DNA from: an uncultured delta proteobacterium
Lineage (GTDB): Bacteria; Desulfobacterota; Binatia; UBA9968
DNA length: 63,056 bases
Assembly (NCBI GenBank): GCA_963840855.1
Contig: CAWJBB010000005.1
Span: 1-63,056, forward strand
Reading direction: 5' to 3'
A program made the position numbers and the translations under genes. Positions 9,431-18,295 of the stretch are shown here, one piece after another. Each line of letters begins with the position of its first letter. The first letter of the stretch is position 1. Under the pieces are notes generated by a model that was not told the DNA's origin, did no database searches, and saw nothing but the letters and a program-made list of their open reading frames with translations.

Positions 9431-9676
9431 TCAGCCAGTCTTGGCAAGCGGCCGGACTGACGGTATTACAGCGGCCGTTAGCGGCTCGACGTCACACTCC
9501 GAAACAGTAGTCACCGCAATCGTGTCGCAGACGGCATTGAATACCTCCAATGCGTAACCGTCCTCGCAGTCTTTTCCGGGCAAATACTCGACGATGGTGG
9601 CGACATCACCTTTTCGAAGTCCATGTTCCGGGAGATCGATCCGTAGCGCGACTCGCTTGAATAGATCAAGTTTCAT
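9431..9676 (-). CDS. DUF4926 domain protein (putative antitoxin)
   Basis: RVALRIDLPEHGLRKGDVATIVE...GYALEVFNA. Confidence 0.85.
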   Translation of the reverse strand: MKLDLFKRVALRIDLPEHGLRKGDVATIVEYLPGKDCEDGYALEVFNAVCDTIAVTTVSECDVEPLTAAVIPSVRPLAKTG

Positions 9677-9745
9677 TGTTTTGCCCTCTTGTCGGGGACC
9701 AAGGTGACGAATCTCGTTTCTCCGGTGGCCTCAAGTCTATGCGAT
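9673..9745 (-). pseudogene. DUF6883-like toxin, 3' stub
   Basis: RLEATGETRFVTLVPDKRAKQ*, with an ATGA overlap onto DUF4926, the usual partner arrangement. Confidence 0.45.
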
Positions 9746-9763
9746 CTAAAGCGTGCAAATCTT

Positions 9764-10012
9764 CTAACTGCCATCGCCCAAAGATTTGGCAAGTTGAGAT
9801 ATGTCCTCAAAGTAGCGGCGATGCGTTCGTCGCAGAGCTTTTTCGTCTGTGGCTTCCAACAAGACGACTTCGTGCTCAATCTTACTGTCAGGTTGAGATT
9901 TAATTCGATCTCAAGGCGTATATTCTCTGCGCGCAACCGTTCAGATTCGATCGAATGTCTTAAAAGTAACGATACGTCCCTCGGGGCGATTATATTCAAT
10001 CAGGAAAATCAT
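9764..10012 (-). CDS. Small hypothetical protein coupled to the SAS gene (frameshifted)
   Basis: Manual reading MIFLIEYNRPEGRIVTFKTFD/ERLRAENIRLEIELNLN/IEHEVVLLEATDEKALRRTHRRYFEDISQLAKSLGDGS*. Confidence 0.65.
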
Positions 10013-10782
10013 TGTTTTAGGTCCTTTTTTTCGTCAAGGGTATCAATGTGGTTCCGAAGATTCTTCAGCTGATCATTTTCTTTCCGAACGCCAGCTCCCT
10101 CTTTGAGGTCCTGGACCGTTATCTACTTCCGTCAGAGTCCACCTCGTTCAGTAGAAACGTCTAGACTCCTTCTCAATCTCCTAGCTTCGTAATCAGTTCA
10201 CACATTGTGCCCAGAAGGACTTGCGCGACTCTTCATCCCCGCCGCCATATTTGATGTATTGACAGTGCTACCACGTCAGAGAGCATTTCTGAAAGTTCTG
10301 CCCAAACATGCTGCAAATATGACCTCTTCGTGATCTCTACAGGTTTGCCTTGCAGCTTTCCATGATTACGTGCACAGCTCGATCAACCGTAAGCTGGGAT
10401 TTATTCTACGGTCCATAATTCGTACGGTGTCGGGAAATGCAGATAGGAAAGTAATCTAAACTGCCTCGTCTCTGTGCCATTGAATATCAGTGACGACGAT
10501 ACGGCACGCTTGCGATATCTCTGAACCTGGCTGAGTTCCGAATGCTTTCGCGACGTAATTTCTCGATTATCGAGCCAGAAGATTTGGCTTGGCCTTCCAG
10601 TACGGTTCTAATTCGAACAGGTCCTGAATTGTCGCGGATAACGGCTTTGGATGAGTTCAGTGCTCCGAAAGACCGTCAGGTATTGACTCCAACGATACTC
10701 AAATCGTTCTTCTCGTGGGTAGGTCGCCTTTCTTAAGCGCTCCCCGAGCCGGTCCACTTGGGTTTCGCTCGAGAATGGCCAT
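10009..10782 (-). CDS. RelA/SpoT-domain small alarmone synthetase, heavily frameshifted
   Basis: Segments across frames: ETQVDRLGER, AKSSGSIIEKLRRESIR, DIA/CRIVVTDI, DRRINPS/YG/RAVHVI, KPVEI, SYLQHVWAELSEMLSDVV, IKYGGGDEE. Confidence 0.75.
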
Positions 10783-10952
10783 AGGTCGCTTCCGGGACGA
10801 AAGTTCTACCTCGGAGCTATGCTTCCCGGGTCGGTTCATTCTAGTCCGGCGGCTTGATGAGACGAAGATCATTGCGTTTGAATTCGGATCGAGCAGCAGG
10901 GCGGTATTTGCTGTTCAGCTCTGCCCGTGCCGCCGGGGTCTATGCAAATTTC

Positions 10953-11306
10953 TTAGCGTTCTTCTTTGGCGGTCACATGGGCGCCGCCGAAGGCTTCGGA
11001 GCGATTGCCCACGAGCACAAGAGGTTCGGTGCCGACGTTGGTGATCTGGTAGTAGTCCTTGGCGCCGAAAAAAACGATCTCGTTTTTTTCGATGATCCGC
11101 TCGTCGCCTTTCAGCCCTTTGACCGATGCTTTTCCTTCTAGCACCAGAAAGGTCTCCGGGGACATGTGATAGTGCATGTCGGTATGGTCGCCCGGCTGAA
11201 AGTAAAGTATCCACGAACGAAAAGTCTCAGAGCCAAAAAGCGGAACGAAGCGCTTGTCTTGCTCTTGAGCCATGCGCATGGTGTCATTGATATTCGCGAA
11301 TTCCAT
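10953..11306 (-). CDS. Cupin domain protein
   Basis: PGDHTDMHYHMSPETFLVLEG motif. Confidence 0.85.
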   Translation of the reverse strand: MEFANINDTMRMAQEQDKRFVPLFGSETFRSWILYFQPGDHTDMHYHMSPETFLVLEGKASVKGLKGDERIIEKNEIVFFGAKDYYQITNVGTEPLVLVGNRSEAFGGAHVTAKEER

Positions 11307-11327
11307 AAGATCTCCAATCTCAGTCGG

Positions 11328-12143
11328 TCAATCTGTAAGATCCAGGAGCACGCCATCCGGATCTGCCAGCGGATATTTGCACAGTTTGCAGCCTTCGAGA
11401 TTTTTTTGCCTCGTTTCGCCCTCGCGGCCGATGGCGATCTTGCGCGCGCTGGAGGCGGGGGTGGAGGCAGCGAGGGCCTCGAGGTCCTTTTTGGTTTGCT
11501 CCAGATTGTCGACTTTGAAGCCGAAGTGATCCAGGCCTGCCATGAGACCGCGGTGCGTCACCATGCTCCACGGGCGTAGCGCGATGTAGACTTTGCCGTC
11601 GGTCACGTAGAAGCTGCCTTCATCGGAAAGATTCTGGTCTACCTTCAGCTCAAAGACCTTTTCGTAGAATTCCGCCAGATATCCAGGCCGGGCCGTGCGG
11701 ATGCAAACATGATTGATCCAGCGCGGTTGCTCCCAACCAAACTCAACGTAACCTTCGCGCACATTGTCCATGCCCTTTTGCGATAGGTCGAACTGATTGC
11801 CGTCCGGATCGTGGCTGCGCAATCCGGCAAACGGCACGTGACTTGGACTTTGCGCCACGAACACATCCGGGTAATGTTGTGTGAGCCGGTCTTTCACTTT
11901 TTGCACGTCTTCGACCGCAAAGCCAAAGTGGTCGAGCCCCGCGCTAGTGCCCGGTTGCCGCTGGAGCAGGGCGAGGCCAATGACCCCGTCGCTGTAATGC
12001 CCTCGTTCCTTGTCATAATTGCCGTTTTTGTCGGTCATGCCGTTGGTGATCTTTTTCATGCCGAAGACGTTCTTGTAAAAGGCAGCCATACGGAAATGAT
12101 CGTCCGTGTGGATGGCGACGTGGCGGATCGTGGTAAATGACAT
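11328..12143 (-). CDS. Two-domain VOC (glyoxalase/extradiol dioxygenase superfamily) protein
   Basis: IRHVAI...GLDHFGF...DPDGN pattern occurring twice. Confidence 0.85.
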   Translation of the reverse strand: MSFTTIRHVAIHTDDHFRMAAFYKNVFGMKKITNGMTDKNGNYDKERGHYSDGVIGLALLQRQPGTSAGLDHFGFAVEDVQKVKDRLTQHYPDVFVAQSPSHVPFAGLRSHDPDGNQFDLSQKGMDNVREGYVEFGWEQPRWINHVCIRTARPGYLAEFYEKVFELKVDQNLSDEGSFYVTDGKVYIALRPWSMVTHRGLMAGLDHFGFKVDNLEQTKKDLEALAASTPASSARKIAIGREGETRQKNLEGCKLCKYPLADPDGVLLDLTD

Positions 12144-12240
12144 AATATCCCCTCCCTTTGATTAACTAGATTCTTTTCAAAGTTCAGCCAATTCTGTCAA
12201 CCATGGGTTGTGGTTCAGTTTGATTCAGCAGACATATCAA

Positions 12241-12300
12241 TGTAGGGGCGATCCCCTGTGGTCGCCCTGATTCGGGCAGGCACGGGGGCCTGCCCCTACA
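12241..12300. repeat. GTAG-type REP doublet (REPIN-like)
   Basis: TGTAGGGGCGATCCCCTGTGGTCGCCC...GGGCAGGCACGGGGGCCTGCCCCTACA with inverted ends. Confidence 0.8.
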
Positions 12301-12363
12301 AATTTTGGCGAAACTGAACTTGACTTCTCAAAAGCAAGCAGGTTAGGTGCGGGATAAACTGCC

Positions 12364-13227
12364 ATGACGATTCGTTCTTTCGAACTATTCCAGCCCGGTT
12401 CTCTGGCTGAGGCGGCGGGCCTGCTCACAGAGTACGGCGACGATGCGCGCCTCATCGGCGGCGGTACCACGCTGGTCATCTTGATGAAGCAACGGGCGCT
12501 TTACTATCCATATCTGATCGATCTGCAGACGATTCCCGGACTCAGAGAGATAAAGAGAGAGCCCGACGGCGTGCGTATTGGCACGCTGGTCACCCATCGC
12601 ATGGTGGAAACATCGCCGTTGATCCGCGAAAAGGTGCCCGTAATAGCCGAGGCTTTCAGCCATGTCGGCAACGTCCGTGTTCGCCAGACCGCGTCGGTGG
12701 GCGGCAATCTAGCTCACGCCGACTATCGTCTCGACCCGCCACCGCCGCTGCTGGTGTTGAACTCGGAAGTCACCGCCCTCGGCCCCAATGGCTCGCGCAG
12801 AATACCGCTCAAAGATTTCTTTCGCGGTATGTATGAGACCGCCTTAGACCCGGAAGAGATCCTGGTTGATGTGAAGATTCCCACTATGCCAGCGAACAGC
12901 CAAGCGGTTTATCTACGATTTAGCACGCTCTCGGCCAATGACTGGCCATGCCTAGGGGTCGCAGCGTTTCTGGTCAAAGAGAATGGCCGGTGCAAGGAAC
13001 TGCGGCTTGCGTTGGGTGGTGTGGCGGCGACACCCCTGCTCATTGGCGGACTGGAATTTGTGCAGGATCAGGTTCTCGATCAGGCTGTGATTGATAAGGT
13101 GCAGGATACTGTCGATGAGCAGATATCGCCGTTTTCGGACCTCCGCGGCTCCGAGTGGTACAAGCGCCGCATGGCCCGGTTGTTTGTAAACAAAGCGATC
13201 GCGCAGTTGAACCGCGCCCAGGGATAA
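12364..13227 (+). CDS. Xanthine dehydrogenase family FAD subunit (CoxM/CutM-like)
   Basis: IGGGTTL, VRQTASVGGNL and DLRGSEWYKR motifs. Confidence 0.92.
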   Translation: MTIRSFELFQPGSLAEAAGLLTEYGDDARLIGGGTTLVILMKQRALYYPYLIDLQTIPGLREIKREPDGVRIGTLVTHRMVETSPLIREKVPVIAEAFSHVGNVRVRQTASVGGNLAHADYRLDPPPPLLVLNSEVTALGPNGSRRIPLKDFFRGMYETALDPEEILVDVKIPTMPANSQAVYLRFSTLSANDWPCLGVAAFLVKENGRCKELRLALGGVAATPLLIGGLEFVQDQVLDQAVIDKVQDTVDEQISPFSDLRGSEWYKRRMARLFVNKAIAQLNRAQG

Positions 13228-13231
13228 TGGC

Positions 13232-15568
13232 ATGGCAAATTTCGCCGTCGTCGGCCAGTCCGTCTACCGCAAAGACGCCAACCCTAAAATAACCGGGCGG
13301 GCCTTGCATGTCGGCAACATAGAAATGCCGGGTATGCTGCACGTTGCCGTGTTGCGCAGCCCCTATGCTCACGCGCGCATCAGGAGCATTGACAAAGCGA
13401 AGGCCGAGGCGCTCGACGGCGTGGCGGTGGTGCTGACCGGCGCCGAGATTGCCAATATGCCAGGCGTAGACCCGCACTTCGGCCCGGCGTTTCGCGACCA
13501 GCCGATCCTCGCCGTGGAAAAGGTTTGTTACGCCGGCGACCTTGTCGTGGCCGTGGCCGCAGTGGACCGGCGCACTGCCGAAAACGCCTTGCAGCTCGTC
13601 GATGTGGATTATGAGCCCCTGCCGGCGGTCGTCGACGTGCTTGAAGCTGCGAAACCGGAATCGCCGCTGGTACACGAGCAACACCGGCCGGCCAAAGCAT
13701 TCGCCGATCTCGCTCACGTGAAAGCCGGGCAAAAATCAAACATCTGCTATCACTTCAAGCTTCGCCTCGGCGACGTCGACAAGGCATTCGCCGAGGCGGA
13801 TCGCGTGTTCGAAGATACGTTCAGCTCGCCGCCGGCGCAGCATATGCCGATGGAGCCGCACGTGACCTTGGCCTATCTGGACGAGCACGAGCGCCTCAAT
13901 ATCTGGACCGCCAGCCAATCGCCTTCCTACGTGCGTACGGAGATCGCCGCTACCTTCGGCATACCGATGAACCGCATTCGCGTGCGCGTGCCCTATCTCG
14001 GCGGCGGTTACGGCGCCAAGCTTTACGCCAAGTTGGAACCGCTGGTGACGGCGTTCGCCTTGATCACGAAAAAGCCCGTACGCTATGCGCTTACCCGCGA
14101 AGAGGAGTTCTTGACGATCACCAAGCACAAAGTGGTTACCAAGATCAAAACGGCCATCAAAAACGGCGCCATTACGGCGCGCAAATGCGAAGTCTTCTGG
14201 GACACGGGCGCCTATGCGGAGATCGGCCCGCGCATCGGCCACAAATCGGGTTACACGTCGGCGGGTCCCTATCGGATTCCCAACGTTTGGATCGACTCCT
14301 ATTGCGTGTATACCAATCGGGTGCCAGCGGGAGCATTCCGCGGTTTCGGAGTACCCCAGGTCATCTGGGCATACGACTCGCAGATGGATATCATCGCGCG
14401 CGCCATCGGCGCGGATCCGGTGGATTTTCGCTTGAAGCCCGCTCTGGACGAAGGCGAGCCCTTCGCAACCGGAACCCTCGTGCGCTCCTTCGGCATCAAA
14501 GAAGCGATCCGGCAGGCGGCTGAGGCCATCGAATGGTCACAACCGCGACCCATGCAAACGGGTACGAAGCGGCGCGGCAAGGGCATCGCCGCGGGCGTAA
14601 AGGCGGTGTTGACCCCGTCCATTTCGGGCGCCATCGTCATCCTGAACGCCGATGGAACCGCGAATGTCCTCAGCAGCACGGTTGAAATGGGGCAGGGCTC
14701 GGAGACAACCATGGGGCAGATCGTGGCGGAAGAGTTGGCAATCTCGGTGGATCAAGTCCATATCGTGCAACCTGATACCGACGTCACGCCCTACGATACG
14801 ATCACTGCGGGAAGCCGGTCCACTTACCATATGGGCAATGCCGTGCGCATGGCTGCGGGCAAGATCAAAAAAGAGCTATGCGAAATCGTGGGATCCAAGT
14901 TGGAGGTCGATCCGGATGACCTGGCCGCGCGCAACGGGCGCATCTTCGTGCGCGGCATGGAAGAGCGGGGCATGACCATCGGGGAAATCTTTTTGGCCAA
15001 GTTCGGCAGCCTCGGCACCACCATGGCGGCGGAAGCCGTTTGTCAACCGACGGCGAGCCACATGGACCCGGAAACCGGCCAGTCGGAAAAGTGCACCGAG
15101 TATTGGTTCCCATCGGCAACCGCCGCGGAAGTCGAGGTAGACACCGAAACCGGACAGGTGAAGGTCTTGCAGCTTTTTAGCGTGGGCGATACTGGAACCG
15201 CGATCAATCCACGGCATTGCGAGCAGCAGCTGCTGGGCGCCGCGATCATGCATTTGGGGCTCACGCTCTTCGAAGAGATGGTTTTCGACCAGGGCCAGCT
15301 CATCAACGGCTCGCTGCTGGATTATCAGATCGCTAGCATCAAAGACATGCCGCAGTCGATTCGGCCCATCGTCGTCGAGGTGCCCCACGAATCGGGTCCA
15401 TTTGGCGCTAAAGGGGCGGGGGAAACCGGTGCGCTCACCGTCGCGCCGGCCATCGCCAATGCTATTTTCGAGGCCGTGGGCGCGCGCATACGGGATCTAC
15501 CGCTTACACCCGAAAGAATTCTCCGCGCAATGGCCAAAAAAAGCGGCGATGCCGTGCCCGCGGACTAG
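13232..15568 (+). CDS. Xanthine dehydrogenase family molybdopterin-binding subunit (CoxL-like)
   Basis: LRSPYAHARI, GGGYGAK, AFRGFG, EMGQG and GAKGAGE motifs. Confidence 0.93.
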   Translation: MANFAVVGQSVYRKDANPKITGRALHVGNIEMPGMLHVAVLRSPYAHARIRSIDKAKAEALDGVAVVLTGAEIANMPGVDPHFGPAFRDQPILAVEKVCYAGDLVVAVAAVDRRTAENALQLVDVDYEPLPAVVDVLEAAKPESPLVHEQHRPAKAFADLAHVKAGQKSNICYHFKLRLGDVDKAFAEADRVFEDTFSSPPAQHMPMEPHVTLAYLDEHERLNIWTASQSPSYVRTEIAATFGIPMNRIRVRVPYLGGGYGAKLYAKLEPLVTAFALITKKPVRYALTREEEFLTITKHKVVTKIKTAIKNGAITARKCEVFWDTGAYAEIGPRIGHKSGYTSAGPYRIPNVWIDSYCVYTNRVPAGAFRGFGVPQVIWAYDSQMDIIARAIGADPVDFRLKPALDEGEPFATGTLVRSFGIKEAIRQAAEAIEWSQPRPMQTGTKRRGKGIAAGVKAVLTPSISGAIVILNADGTANVLSSTVEMGQGSETTMGQIVAEELAISVDQVHIVQPDTDVTPYDTITAGSRSTYHMGNAVRMAAGKIKKELCEIVGSKLEVDPDDLAARNGRIFVRGMEERGMTIGEIFLAKFGSLGTTMAAEAVCQPTASHMDPETGQSEKCTEYWFPSATAAEVEVDTETGQVKVLQLFSVGDTGTAINPRHCEQQLLGAAIMHLGLTLFEEMVFDQGQLINGSLLDYQIASIKDMPQSIRPIVVEVPHESGPFGAKGAGETGALTVAPAIANAIFEAVGARIRDLPLTPERILRAMAKKSGDAVPAD

Positions 15569-15583
15569 AGCAGGGGCTAAAAA

Positions 15584-16060
15584 TTGATGAAGCGGGAAAT
15601 TGCGCTGCGATTAAACGGCCGGCAAGAAAAGCTCGAAATCGACGATGCCGACACGCTGCTTGAAATGCTGCGCGAGCGCTTCAAACTCTGGAGCGTGCGC
15701 GAAAGCTGCGGTGTTGGCGCTTGCGGCACCTGCACCGTCCTGTTGGACGGAAAACCAGTGAGCTCCTGTTTTCTGCTCGCCGCGCGCGTGGCGGGGCGTG
15801 ATGTATTGACCCTCGAAGGGCTCTCCCAGGACGATAAACTCCACCCAATTCAAGAAGCGTTTGTAAGCGAGCGCGCGCTGCAGTGCGCGTACTGTACACC
15901 AGGCTTTGTCCTCTCCGTGAAAGCGCTATTAGAAGAGAATCCCAACCCGTCGGATGAGGAGATCAAAGAATACCTCGCCGGCAATCTCTGCCGCTGCGCC
16001 GGATACGCGGATATTCTCAGGGCGGTGCGGGCCGCGCAGCAACGCATGGCGCGGCGCTGA
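15584..16060 (+). CDS. (2Fe-2S)-binding subunit (CoxS/CutS-like)
   Basis: CGVGACGTCTV, QCAYCTPG and NLCRC motifs. Confidence 0.93.
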   Translation: MMKREIALRLNGRQEKLEIDDADTLLEMLRERFKLWSVRESCGVGACGTCTVLLDGKPVSSCFLLAARVAGRDVLTLEGLSQDDKLHPIQEAFVSERALQCAYCTPGFVLSVKALLEENPNPSDEEIKEYLAGNLCRCAGYADILRAVRAAQQRMARR

Positions 16061-16067
16061 CGCGCGC

Positions 16068-16151
16068 GGGTTCAACGTTCAAAGTTCCAGGTCCCGGCTG
16101 CTCCTGTTCTTTAACGACTGGAACTATTTGAACGTTTTGAACGGCTTGAAC
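16068..16151. repeat. GTTCAA/TTGAAC palindromic array between convergent genes
   Basis: ggttcaacgttcaaagttcc...ctggaactatttgaacgttttgaacggcttgaac. Confidence 0.65.
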
Positions 16152-16160
16152 AAATCCGAT

Positions 16161-16958
16161 CTAGTGGGAGCGTTGAAGGTACATCCGTACCCAAAGATCG
16201 TGGAGATTGTCTGAACGCAGGACGTTCATTTCACAGCGTCCTGTGGCGGTTTCAGCAACCACGCCGATCCGGCGCTCCTGCCATGCGATAGCGAGGAGCC
16301 GCTGGTTACGGCGGTAGACTTGCTCTCCCACTGTGCGCAGCAGATGTGACAGGCGACTGCTGTTGCTAACGCCGCTTTCCGGCCGGCGATTTTGCACGCC
16401 CTGTCGCTCCAGACGCTCGACTTCGTCGGCGTTGAATTGAAAACCGACGATTCGATCGAGAAGCATTTTCATCGCCGGGTCATCCGCGTTGCCGGAGCAA
16501 AACTGCGCGGCGCTCTCGACCCGGGTGCTTGGAAGATCGCCAAACGAGGAGGGTCCGATGCTTTCCGTCGACCAAACGAAATAGGCGTCGCCCGAACATT
16601 TCAAATTAAACATCGTGAAGCGCCGCCTTTCCAGCTCCTGGCCGATGGCGCGCAGATCCCGGGGATAGTTCACCGGTTGCGCAGGCGGTTCGCTGTCCCG
16701 CGTTGCCGGCGGCGCGTTCAATCGCGCGTTACCGTGAAAATCATTGGCTCTTCGCGTCGCGCCGGGCGGTTTATTTGTTCTTGGCCGCGGAGCTGAGCGC
16801 TTCATCCCGCGCACGACGGCGCGCACGGGCAACTGGTAATTGCAGTTAAGGCAAAAGCTGTCTACCGAGGCCTCCGGCATGCCGTGAAAAGGCTTCGCAA
16901 CCGAATAGCCGACGTAGTATTGGCATTTGGGGCATTGGCGCGCGCGATACATTAACAT
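16161..16958 (-). CDS. Hypothetical protein with N-terminal zinc ribbon
   Basis: CPKC...CLNC; internal quasi-repeat (DLRAIGQELE / LLRTVGEQVY). Confidence 0.65.
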   Translation of the reverse strand: MLMYRARQCPKCQYYVGYSVAKPFHGMPEASVDSFCLNCNYQLPVRAVVRGMKRSAPRPRTNKPPGATRRANDFHGNARLNAPPATRDSEPPAQPVNYPRDLRAIGQELERRRFTMFNLKCSGDAYFVWSTESIGPSSFGDLPSTRVESAAQFCSGNADDPAMKMLLDRIVGFQFNADEVERLERQGVQNRRPESGVSNSSRLSHLLRTVGEQVYRRNQRLLAIAWQERRIGVVAETATGRCEMNVLRSDNLHDLWVRMYLQRSH

Positions 16959-17293
16959 AAGCGAACAAACTCCCAGGGGGCTTCTTATTGTTTAAGCGGG
17001 TGAAAGTCAAGAATGTAAGCTGGCGATCTGTGGTGTGTAGATTGTCCCGGGCGTGAAGTAATGACCGCCGGTAGCCATAGAGGTGGTAGACCAGCGGTAA
17101 CGATGGAGCGTTGGAAGACAAGCGGGAATATTGCTTGCCAAGATTGTAATTTTAGAAAAAATAGATTTTGTCGCTATCGAATCAATCTCCGAGCCGCTAA
17201 TTCCGCGCGCGCGGGGGCGGCCAGACTCTTTTCCCAAGCGCAAAATTTGCGATACGAGCTTCAGGAAGAAATACGCAGATGGAGGCAAGGACG

Positions 17294-17425
17294 ATGGCAG
17301 GCAAGATCATGGTATTCGATTGCAACGGTCATCTCATCGAGTCGATTCCCGAAATGGTGCCGTTTTTAGACCCGGTGGACCGCGAGATCGCGCTCTCGCC
17401 GTCGCGCAATCGCCAGGGTGTATTC
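17294..17425 (+). pseudogene. Amidohydrolase-2 family, 5' remnant
   Basis: GGAGG RBS, then MAGKIMVFDCNGHLIESIPEMVPFLDP...RQGVF; similarity ends where the modA-like gene begins. Confidence 0.55.
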
Positions 17426-17479
17426 GGGAGAGGGCATAGCAATAGCAAGGCGTCGCGCCGGAATGCGACCGCAGACCGC

Positions 17480-18241
17480 TCAGCGACCCGGCTGCATCCC
17501 GCGCTCCGTGTAGACCGCCGCAGCAGCGGGCGAGGACAGGTAGCGCAGGAGCGCCTTGGCGGCCTCGGGTTCCTTCGAGTGCGCGGATACGAAGCCCACC
17601 AGAGCCGTCGGAGTCGAAATGTCCCGGGACAGCGGGCCGACGACCTCGACGCCGGGCTCGGTAATGATCTCGCTGATGAAGGTCAAGCCGATGTCGACCT
17701 CGCCTTTGGCGAGCAGTTCCATTGCACCCCTGCCACCCTGAGCGATTTTGATCTTCGGCTTCATCGCATCGGCGATACCGAGCTTTTTGAGCGTTTCGTT
17801 AAAGCTGACGCCCGCGGCCGCACCCGTTGCAGCATTGGGAAACGCTATAGCTTTCGACCCGAGGAGGAGCCGTTTGACCGCATCGGCGGTCGAGATGTCG
17901 GGCTTCGGTGCGCCGGTTCGCACGGCGACGCCCACGGCCACGGTCGCGAGCGGCGTTTCGCTCGAGCCAACAACGTGCCCCGACGCGATCACCGGCTCCA
18001 AAGGCGGTTGCACGATCGGCACGTCGAACGGCTCGCCCTGAATGACTTGCTGCTTGGTTCTGCCGCCGGAACCGAATGTCGCCTTGACCTTGTGCCCGGT
18101 TGCCTGTTCGAAGGCCGGGATCATTTGCTGCACGGCGGCTCGGATGCCGCCGGGAGCAATAAGAGTGACCTCTGCAGCGCGCGCGGCGTCGTAAATCCCC
18201 AAGGCCATGATGGCGACGGCTGATAGCAGTGCGTATTCCAT
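17480..18241 (-). CDS. ModA-like (molybdate-type) substrate-binding protein
   Basis: Signal peptide; FEQATGHKV.ATFGSGG, VGVAVRTGAPKPDIST and VEVVGPL motifs. Confidence 0.85.
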   Translation of the reverse strand: MEYALLSAVAIMALGIYDAARAAEVTLIAPGGIRAAVQQMIPAFEQATGHKVKATFGSGGRTKQQVIQGEPFDVPIVQPPLEPVIASGHVVGSSETPLATVAVGVAVRTGAPKPDISTADAVKRLLLGSKAIAFPNAATGAAAGVSFNETLKKLGIADAMKPKIKIAQGGRGAMELLAKGEVDIGLTFISEIITEPGVEVVGPLSRDISTPTALVGFVSAHSKEPEAAKALLRYLSSPAAAAVYTERGMQPGR

Positions 18242-18295
18242 GGTGATCCTCCCTAGCGAGCGTGTCGAGCCACGTACTTTCCGGTTAGTTCGTCC

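Noticed and set aside
13232-15568. Aerobic CO dehydrogenase
   Set aside because: The active-site loop is AFRGFG, not AYxCSFR or AYxGAGR, and there are no cox accessory genes
17279-18223. 314-aa plus-strand ORF as a real protein
   Set aside because: Beyond about codon 49 it is the antisense shadow of the modA-like gene; most other overlapping ORFs in the track are similar high-GC shadows
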